Position numbers and translations under genes: made by a program. From an uncultured Ketobacter sp. (GTDB lineage: Bacteria; Pseudomonadota; Gammaproteobacteria; Pseudomonadales; Ketobacteraceae), in the NCBI GenBank assembly GCA_963922875.1, contig CAWUJH010000002.1, positions 198,938 through 222,937 on the forward strand: a stretch of 24,000 bases of DNA, written 5' to 3'. The notes under the pieces were generated by a model. It was not told the DNA's origin, searched no databases, and was given only the letters and a program-made list of their open reading frames with translations. Positions within the stretch are counted from its first letter, which is position 1, and each line of letters begins with the position of its first letter. This document shows, piece after piece, positions 17,172-24,000 of the stretch.

Positions 17172-18146
17172 ATGTTTTTTTCTTTGGGTATTGATTTAAT
17201 GAATGTTGGCAAGGTGGATCTAAATCTATTGGTGTACCTCGACGTATTGTTGCGGGAGCTGAATGTCACTCGAGCAGCGGAGCAGTTGGGGATTACTCAG
17301 CCCGCTATGAGCAATGGACTGAAGCGCTTGCGGGATCTCTTTAACGACCCATTGTTGATTCGTTCCAGCGAAGGAATGAAGCCGACGGAGAGAGCCTTAG
17401 AGCTGCAGCCAAAGGTTCGTCAAATATTGGCAGACACCTTTTATCTTTTGGAGCCTAAACAGGAATTTAAACCGCTAGCCAGTCGTCGAGTGTTTCGGGT
17501 GATGGTGAGCGACTATGCTGAGGCCACTTTGATCCCTGCCTTGATCAAACATATTCGCAGTGAAGCTCCCAATATTATTCTCGATTTTTTAACGCCCAGT
17601 GACGTGAGCTATCAAGATATGGAGCAAGGGCGAATTGATATGGCCATTAATCGGTTTAATGAAATACCACAATCCTTTCACCAAAATACCATCTGGGAAG
17701 ATAGCTTTTCTTGCCTGGTAAATAAAAATAACCCTATTGCAGAAAACTTTAATTTAAAAACCTATTTAAATGCCCAGCATATCTGGGTGAGTAAAACGGG
17801 AATAGGTGTTGGGTTTGGCGTGAACCCTGAGAAATCGGGAGGCTTGGGCTGGATTGATCAGGCATTACAAAGAATCGGCAAAAAGCGAAAAATAACGATT
17901 TTTACTCGCCACTACCAAATGCCTGGATTATTGGCTCAAAATAATGACTTAGTGGCGACCTTGCCGACCAAAGTGGCAAGAATGCAAGCAGAGAATTCAC
18001 GTTTGGTTATTTTAGATCCACCGTTTTATATACCTAATTTTGAATTGAAAATGGCTTGGAGTCCTTTGTTGCATCAGAATGCTGGTCATCAATGGCTACG
18101 CCGCTTAATCATGTATACTGCAGAGAGATTAGCTGAAGACGGCTAG
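17172..18146 (+). CDS. LysR-family transcriptional regulator
   Basis: N-terminal wHTH VDLNLLVYLDVLLRELNVTRAAEQLGITQPAMSNGLKRLRDLF, followed by a substrate-binding domain of LysR length. The real start is probably the ATG at 17199 (MNVGKVDLNLL). Confidence 0.85.
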   Translation: MFFSLGIDLMNVGKVDLNLLVYLDVLLRELNVTRAAEQLGITQPAMSNGLKRLRDLFNDPLLIRSSEGMKPTERALELQPKVRQILADTFYLLEPKQEFKPLASRRVFRVMVSDYAEATLIPALIKHIRSEAPNIILDFLTPSDVSYQDMEQGRIDMAINRFNEIPQSFHQNTIWEDSFSCLVNKNNPIAENFNLKTYLNAQHIWVSKTGIGVGFGVNPEKSGGLGWIDQALQRIGKKRKITIFTRHYQMPGLLAQNNDLVATLPTKVARMQAENSRLVILDPPFYIPNFELKMAWSPLLHQNAGHQWLRRLIMYTAERLAEDG

Positions 18147-20620
18147 TTTCCGAATCCAGCCTCAAGTAGCATGCGAAGGTGGCGAGGTTGCTCAATGGCA
18201 TTGGCCTCAATAGCGGCAGTAATGAACTCATTGATACTCGGCAGGTCGTCAAACAAGCCGTTAAAGATCCCGCTGGCGTCAGCTTGCAGTAGAATATTAT
18301 TAAGCATGGTAAAGGCGAGTATTTTATTGCCGATTTGAAATTCTATCCAACCCAAGGCCATGTTGATACTGAGATAACGAACCGGGAAGCCATGATCAAT
18401 GTTGTCATAGAGTAATTGTTTGCAAAGTGTTTTTGCTTGTGCCAGTTCCTTTTTATTGGCTAGATAGATGATCTGACAGAATACCCAGCGTTCACGTATG
18501 CTCCAGTTTATTGAACGCTCACTATCCAGGTAATAGGCTAGTTTTTCTGGTGGAAGTAATTGCCGGCTGAGCATTTCCAGCCGGTCATTATCTTGCATAA
18601 TGCTAGCCAAACGAAAACGTTCAAAAGTAATATGCGCGAATAAATTCATAGAGCCACTATTTTGTACAGTGACGCTTAAGTGTTTCAGTAAATCTTCAGC
18701 TAAAGCAAATTGTTTAGAGCGAATTTTCTCACGAATGGTTGGCAAAAATAAGGCTATCTGAATTTCGTTACTTATGCCAATACGCGATTCACCGATGACA
18801 CGTCGAGTAATGGATTCTGATTGCTCTGGTTGACTGCCTATAAACTGAAAATACGCTTTAACAATTTCAACTAATGATCTGCCACCCAATCCATGTGCCA
18901 TAGTGCTTCGACGCAAATATTGCTCGCAAATTTGCGTGGCAGTATGTAAGTCGTTCTTGAAATAGCTCAATCGCGCTTGCACATAAACTGATATTGCCAA
19001 TCCAAACTCGTTGTCGCATTGTTCTGCCAATCCCTGCGCTCGATGAGCATAATTCAATGCAGTGGAAAAACGGCGTTCATTGGTTTCGTAATACGCTAAA
19101 ATATTGTCGATACACACCCGAACTTCCCGTCGAGTTGTGGTGTTATTATAGAGTTTCTTTAAACGATTAATACTGTCTTGAGAGACTGTATCGCGCATTA
19201 AATCAACCAGAACGAAGAGGACTAGAATGTTGGCTTGCAATTCGTTGTTAGGCTCGCTAGCGCTGGATCCGCATAATGTGGGGTCCATTTCGAACAATGC
19301 ATCATAGACTTGATTGAGTTGGCCGGATAAGGTTAGAACCCAAAGCCAAGCGATTTTGACTTCATTGAGTTCTATTAGTTGACGATTTTGAGGGTTTTGA
19401 ATAGCTGTTGCCAGGGTTTCAATGTTGCCGGATTTTAACCAAAATGAAACATGTTGTCGGATTTGATCATGATAGAAAACCGCCTGACTATGATAGCCTG
19501 CAATGCCCAGTACTTCTTCTCTTTGGTTGTGTTCCGTCAGCCAAGTACAAGCCCTGCTCACTAGGCGGTCATTATTTTCAGTTTTTTGTTGATTGAAGTA
19601 TTGTAACAGAACGCCACGTATTGTCGGATGAAATTGATAGTATAAGAATTCATTGTCAAATTTTTGCAGTAGAAAATTGGTTTTTTCCAGGAAGTGTAGT
19701 TCTTGTGAACAGCTCGGCTTATTAAGCACGAACTCACAAAGCTCATCATTAAATCGTCCAAGGAAGGCTGTGTCGACCATCAATTGGCGAATGTTTGGCT
19801 GTAAACTATCAATAATTAAATGCGTGAGCTGAGACTGAAGAGCAGTACCTTGTTCCAGAATCGATAAACAATCATGGGTTATGTTGTCAGCGTCCATAAC
19901 CATGCCCAATTGTATGAGCTTGAGGGTGCCGGGATGACCTTTAGTATGCTTGAAAACGAACTCATTGACTGACTCATTGATTCTTTGTGGGACAGTGCAT
20001 GCTAAGAATTCCTCACTTTCCGCGCCGTTAAAGTTGAGATGTTTGGCGTGCAGTACCTTAGGGGTGATATCGGTAAATGTTCTCAGACGGATGAGGAATT
20101 CCGGATCACTGCTGGCGAAAATCCATCGCACTCGACACCTTGGGTTGAACAGCTCGGCTAAGGCTTGGAGCCAGTCTGCACCTGCTAACGATTCACAGTT
20201 ATCAATGATAATGGTGATGTGTTTATTAAGGTCAAACAGAGCTTGCTTGAAGATTCCTACATAAGGTAGACCTTCCGCTGAATTACCATAAGCTGATAGA
20301 TTAAGAGTGTAGCCGTCAAAATCAGGAACAGCGGTTCTAATGGTTGTCGTCAAACGGTTGAAGAAGCGAGAGGCGTTATCATCGGCGGGGTGCAGAGTAA
20401 GCCAACAAATTGGCTGATTACGTTTGCGGTTATTGTAGTATTGTTGGAGGAGAGTTGTCTTGCCATTGCCCGATGGTGCTATTAGCGTCGTTATTGAACT
20501 TTCGTTAGTATCTTGTAAATATTGGTTTAACTGAGGTCGAAAGATGATGTGATCTATCGATTGAAAGCTATTGGCTTTGGGCGCTAATTGTTGGTTTACT
20601 GGTATCAGTATTCTCGTCAT
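18143..20620 (-). CDS. MalT-like STAND NTPase with a helical-repeat C-terminal region and no LuxR-type HTH (825 aa)
   Basis: Walker A APSGNGKTTLL, then WLTLHPADDN (compare MalT WYSLDEGD), then Walker B ITIIIDNCE. A long alpha-helical/TPR-like region follows. The C-terminus (...RMLLEAGFGN) has no recognisable LuxR HTH. Confidence 0.65.
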   Translation of the reverse strand: MTRILIPVNQQLAPKANSFQSIDHIIFRPQLNQYLQDTNESSITTLIAPSGNGKTTLLQQYYNNRKRNQPICWLTLHPADDNASRFFNRLTTTIRTAVPDFDGYTLNLSAYGNSAEGLPYVGIFKQALFDLNKHITIIIDNCESLAGADWLQALAELFNPRCRVRWIFASSDPEFLIRLRTFTDITPKVLHAKHLNFNGAESEEFLACTVPQRINESVNEFVFKHTKGHPGTLKLIQLGMVMDADNITHDCLSILEQGTALQSQLTHLIIDSLQPNIRQLMVDTAFLGRFNDELCEFVLNKPSCSQELHFLEKTNFLLQKFDNEFLYYQFHPTIRGVLLQYFNQQKTENNDRLVSRACTWLTEHNQREEVLGIAGYHSQAVFYHDQIRQHVSFWLKSGNIETLATAIQNPQNRQLIELNEVKIAWLWVLTLSGQLNQVYDALFEMDPTLCGSSASEPNNELQANILVLFVLVDLMRDTVSQDSINRLKKLYNNTTTRREVRVCIDNILAYYETNERRFSTALNYAHRAQGLAEQCDNEFGLAISVYVQARLSYFKNDLHTATQICEQYLRRSTMAHGLGGRSLVEIVKAYFQFIGSQPEQSESITRRVIGESRIGISNEIQIALFLPTIREKIRSKQFALAEDLLKHLSVTVQNSGSMNLFAHITFERFRLASIMQDNDRLEMLSRQLLPPEKLAYYLDSERSINWSIRERWVFCQIIYLANKKELAQAKTLCKQLLYDNIDHGFPVRYLSINMALGWIEFQIGNKILAFTMLNNILLQADASGIFNGLFDDLPSINEFITAAIEANAIEQPRHLRMLLEAGFGN

Positions 20621-20864
20621 AACCTAAACTCAAGCGTTCTTTGTTGTTTTTATCGAACGAAATGCTTGTCACCAGGTAAGTCAACTTCAAACTAACTCAG
20701 TGCTAGGTCAATCCTTTGTTGATGAGCTCCCCCCCTATACTTGCTCACTCTATGTCCATAGTATGCCGTTCATCTTCTAAATCTCAAGAAAAAATGACAG
20801 AGTTCACAAAAAAAGTTAGGTTTGGCTAAAAAAAAGCCTATTTAATGGAGTTTTTGGTCGCTGT

Positions 20865-20903
20865 AACGCAAAAGGCCCGGACAATATCCGGGCCTTTTGC
20901 GTT
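20865..20903 (-). terminator. Rho-independent terminator hairpin downstream of glcB
   Basis: Perfect 17-bp inverted repeat: AACGCAAAAGGCCCGGA (20865-20881), loop CAATA, TCCGGGCCTTTTGCGTT (20887-20903). It ends 17 nt from the glcB stop at 20920. The T-run is embedded in the stem rather than trailing it. Confidence 0.75.
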
Positions 20904-20919
20904 AGTCTTGCCGGTAAAG

Positions 20920-23088
20920 CTAAGCTTGAGCTTTAGCCTCCCGTCGACGTCGATGCAAGACAGGTTCCGTATAACCACTTGGCTGTTTGCAGCCTTCAAT
21001 GACCAATTCACAGGCAGCATTAAAGGCAACACCGTTGCAGTTCGGTGCCATATTAACGTAGCCTGGATCGGCTTCATTTTGGCGATCTACAATGGCGGCC
21101 ATCCGCTTCATAGTTTCCATAACCTGCGCTTCAGTGCAAATGCCGTGGCGGAGCCAGTTTGCAATATGTTGGCTTGAAATCCTTAGGGTCGCTCGGTCTT
21201 CCATCAAACCAACGTCGTTGATGTCCGGAACTTTTGAGCAACCAACACCATGGTCGATCCAGCGAACAACATAGCCCAGTATTCCTTGTGCGTTGTTGTC
21301 GAGTTCTTGCTGAATGTCTTCGGCACTTAGTTGACCGGCATCGGGTAGCAGAGGAATTGTTAGAATATCGTCCAGACTGGCTTGTGCGCGACTCGCCAGT
21401 TCCTCTTGTATAGTTGCTACTTTCACTTTGTGATAGTGCATTACATGTAATACCGCAGCCGTGGGAGAGGGAACCCAGGCACAACTAGCACCAGCTTTTG
21501 GGTGACCGATTTTGGCTTCCATCATGGCGGCCATCTCATCGGGCATGGCCCACATGCCTTTGCCTATTTGGGCATGGCCTTTTAAGCCGCAGGCAAGCCC
21601 TACATCCACATTCCAGTCCTCATAAGCGTTAATCCACGCTTGTTGTTTCATGGCCGTTTTGCGAATCATGGGACCTGCTTCCATACTGGTGTGGATCTCA
21701 TCACCGGTACGATCCAAAAAGCCTGTGTTGATAAAAATGACTCGTTCTTTGGCTTCGCGAATACAGGCTTTCAGGTTTACAGTGGTACGGCGTTCTTCAT
21801 CCATGATGCCGATCTTCAGGGTGTTGCGCTCCAATCCCAGAGCTTGTTCAACACGTCCAAACAGCTCCACGGCAAAAGCCACTTCCTCAGGGCCATGCAT
21901 TTTTGGTTTAACGATGTAGACGCTACCTTGACGAGAATTTTGATAGGGGCCTGTTTTTAATAGATCGTGCTTGGCAATTAAGGAAGTAACCATGCCGTCC
22001 AGGATGCCTTCAGGTACTTCCTCGCCATTGTAGAGAACCGCGTCGATGGTCATTAAGTGACCAACATTGCGCACTAACAACATCGAACGGCCAGGTAGAA
22101 CTAATTGGCTGCCATCAGGTGCTGTGAATGTTCGATCGGGGTTTAAAACGCGGGTGAGAGTCTTGCCACCTTTATCAAAGGATTCCTGCAAATCTCCCTT
22201 CATCAATCCGAGCCAGTTGCTGTAAACAACGCATTTATCTTCTGCATCCACGGCTGCAACAGAATCTTCGCAATCCTGGATGGTGGTAATGGCCGCTTCG
22301 AGGTAAACATCATTCACGCCAGCATTGTCATCTTTACCGATGACGCCGTTAGAATCGATTTTTATTTCGATGTGGAGGCCGTTGTTGCGCAATAAGATGG
22401 CTGTAGGAGCCTGTTCTGAACCGCTGTAACCCACAAACTGGCTGTTGTTACTCAATTGAGTGGTGTTGCCGTCAGTCAAATCAAGTATTAGTGTCTTTTC
22501 TTTGATCGAATATCGCGCTACGTCGCTATGGCTACCGTTCTTGAGCGGAGCCGCTTCGTCTAAGAAGCTTTTCGCATAGGCTATAACTTTGCCACCACGA
22601 ACGGGATTATAGCTTCTGCCTTTTTCTGCACCGTCGCTTTCTGGGATTACATCAGTGCCATAAAGAGCGTCATACAAGCTTCCCCAGCGGGCATTAGCCG
22701 CGTTTAGCGCATACCGGGCATTCATCACCGGTACCACCAACTGAGGACCAGCGATGGTGGCAATTTCCGAGTCTACGTTCTTTGTTTCCACTGAGAAATC
22801 CGCACCTTCAGGCAGTAGGTAGCCAATTTCAGTGAGGAAGCCTTTGTATTCTTCCAGATTAATCTGTTGGCCAGCATGGGCATGGTGCCAGTCATCAATT
22901 TGCTTTTGGATAGCGTCTCGCTTTTCCAGTAAGGCTTTGTTTTTTGGTGCTAAATCAGCCAATATTTTTTCAAACTCAAGCCAGAATTGATCTGCCTCAA
23001 TGCCGGTTCCAGGTGCGATTTCCTTAGCTACAAGGTCATAAAGAACGGTAGCGATTTCTAAACCGCCAATCTTGGTGCGTTCGGTCAT
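20920..23088 (-). CDS. glcB: Malate synthase G
   Basis: 722-aa ORF of typical malate synthase G length and sequence, from [20 protein letters not shown]... to the C-terminal ...[13 protein letters not shown]. Confidence 0.9.
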   Translation of the reverse strand: MTERTKIGGLEIATVLYDLVAKEIAPGTGIEADQFWLEFEKILADLAPKNKALLEKRDAIQKQIDDWHHAHAGQQINLEEYKGFLTEIGYLLPEGADFSVETKNVDSEIATIAGPQLVVPVMNARYALNAANARWGSLYDALYGTDVIPESDGAEKGRSYNPVRGGKVIAYAKSFLDEAAPLKNGSHSDVARYSIKEKTLILDLTDGNTTQLSNNSQFVGYSGSEQAPTAILLRNNGLHIEIKIDSNGVIGKDDNAGVNDVYLEAAITTIQDCEDSVAAVDAEDKCVVYSNWLGLMKGDLQESFDKGGKTLTRVLNPDRTFTAPDGSQLVLPGRSMLLVRNVGHLMTIDAVLYNGEEVPEGILDGMVTSLIAKHDLLKTGPYQNSRQGSVYIVKPKMHGPEEVAFAVELFGRVEQALGLERNTLKIGIMDEERRTTVNLKACIREAKERVIFINTGFLDRTGDEIHTSMEAGPMIRKTAMKQQAWINAYEDWNVDVGLACGLKGHAQIGKGMWAMPDEMAAMMEAKIGHPKAGASCAWVPSPTAAVLHVMHYHKVKVATIQEELASRAQASLDDILTIPLLPDAGQLSAEDIQQELDNNAQGILGYVVRWIDHGVGCSKVPDINDVGLMEDRATLRISSQHIANWLRHGICTEAQVMETMKRMAAIVDRQNEADPGYVNMAPNCNGVAFNAACELVIEGCKQPSGYTEPVLHRRRREAKAQA

Positions 23089-23250
23089 GGGTTCGGCCTC
23101 TATTGATGCTCTGCCAAAGTGGATTCTGTGAATAAAACGGTTTTTCTAAGGGGGAGGGATGATGCAATTTCGAGGCAAGAGTGTCAAATAATTTCATCTA
23201 GACTGAGATTTAACCTTGCGAAAACTCCGGGTATTGCTCGGTCGGGCTTA

Positions 23251-23615
23251 TTTATTAGTCTTTAAGCACAAAGCTGCCTCGGTTTTTTGACCGGTCAAGG
23301 TTATGGGAGTACCGGAACCGTCCACTGTAATTCGACTGTTGTCATCTTTTACGAAAAGGTCAAAATCACCTACATGTGTGGGCTTAGAATAACGCTACCT
23401 ATACCGTTGACAATAGTGACATTCAAAATGGTGGGGTTGCCATAGCCATTGCTTAAGTTCTTGGTGGTGGCTCCGGACGCTATGTCCGGCGCAGCCACAC
23501 TGGGGGTAATTCCACTGTTAATGCGCCAGAATTTTAATGGTACGGAACCAGTGAATTTAGTGGCGGTTAGGCCGGTTGATGAATCGGACAAAAGCACAGT
23601 GTACTTAACCTGCAA
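23251..23615 (-). pseudogene. Possible frameshifted small beta-rich protein gene (unknown function)
   Basis: An 81-codon ORF with a TTG start (23370-23615) ends at TAG. A second frame continues directly as GDFDLFVKDDNSRITVDGSGTPITLTGQKTEAALCLKTNK* down to about 23251. There is no ATG, SD or signal peptide. This is weak. Confidence 0.25.
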
Positions 23616-23876
23616 TGATATTCATTGTCGTTTACTGGTTGATAGCTTCCTCCATAGTATTTGAACCCAGTGCGCCTGCCACAAAAAGTCAGTAGCAGGT
23701 CATTTCTCACTTAACCTCAATTGCAAACCCGAACAAGCCTTCAATCTAAAACCAAAACCATCATTCTAGTTGAGCTTCAATCGCCGTTTTGCCCATCATT
23801 AGACCCGATTTGAATCCGAACAATGTTTACTTTGATAATTAATTTAATCTAATTGATTCAATGCAGGTGATTTGCA

Positions 23877-24000
23877 TGACAACTTCCGCCATTCCCATTC
23901 GACACATGGAGTTTAACTTTGATGCCAAGGAAGCTGATACCCGGTTTTACATGCAGACTGAATTAGCATCGGCTTACTTTGAGGCGCTCTCTATATTTCT
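23877..24000 (+). CDS. 5' end of a putative metal-dependent hydrolase (PF10118-like), running off the right edge
   Basis: ATG at 23877. MTTSAIPIRHMEFNFDAKEADTRFYMQTELASAYFEALSIF resembles the IPxRxMxFDF...FxxALSxxFP start of that family, from recollection. Only 41 codons are visible. Confidence 0.45.

Noticed and set aside
20838-21177. ORFs at 20838-21077 (-) and 20845-21177 (+) spanning the glcB 3' end and terminator
   Set aside because: They overlap the malate synthase G reading frame and the terminator hairpin. No motifs are present, so they are spurious.
1-24000. CRISPR arrays, IS elements with terminal inverted repeats, and integrase/transposase genes
   Set aside because: I noticed no regularly spaced 25-40 bp direct repeats, and no ORF has tyrosine/serine recombinase or DDE motifs. 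Any integrase must lie outside the window.

Overview
The window has two parts. Positions 1 to about 15064 are an accessory, defence-type island, entirely on the minus strand. Hand GC counts on sampled 60-nt lines give about 50-60% over most of the island and about 40-47% in the right-hand part.

The island core is a tightly packed operon. Read 5' to 3' on the minus strand it encodes:
- a Dcm-like C5-cytosine MTase
- Vsr
- an SNF2-family helicase (1049 aa)
- a gamma-class N6-adenine MTase (1362 aa)
- a DExH SF2 helicase (1519 aa)
- a sixth gene that runs off the left edge

The SNF2 / N6-MTase / giant-helicase order matches class 1 DISARM (drmD-drmMI-drmA). No DUF1998 (DrmB) or PLD (DrmC) gene is visible. 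The operon is fronted by a Dcm/Vsr pair. The helicase carries extra terminal domains, an acidic disordered loop and a Cys/His-rich insert. It is therefore either a canonical DISARM cut by the window edge or a DISARM-related variant with different accessory or effector genes. This is the main candidate for a novel system.

Upstream of the operon lie an excisionase-family HTH gene and a 346-bp non-coding stretch with phased short repeats. Next come a full-length ttcA and, divergent from it, a second ttcA copy truncated exactly at its PP-loop motif. I read this as the island/chromosome junction.

The right part (15.1-24 kb) looks like ordinary gammaproteobacterial core:
- a SpmA/SpmB-like nucleoside-recognition membrane protein
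- a LysR regulator
- a MalT-like STAND NTPase that lacks the usual LuxR HTH
- malate synthase G with a strong hairpin terminator
- a possible frameshifted small ORF
- the start of a metal-dependent-hydrolase-like gene

I found no rRNA, tRNA, CRISPR array, IS element or integrase in the window.
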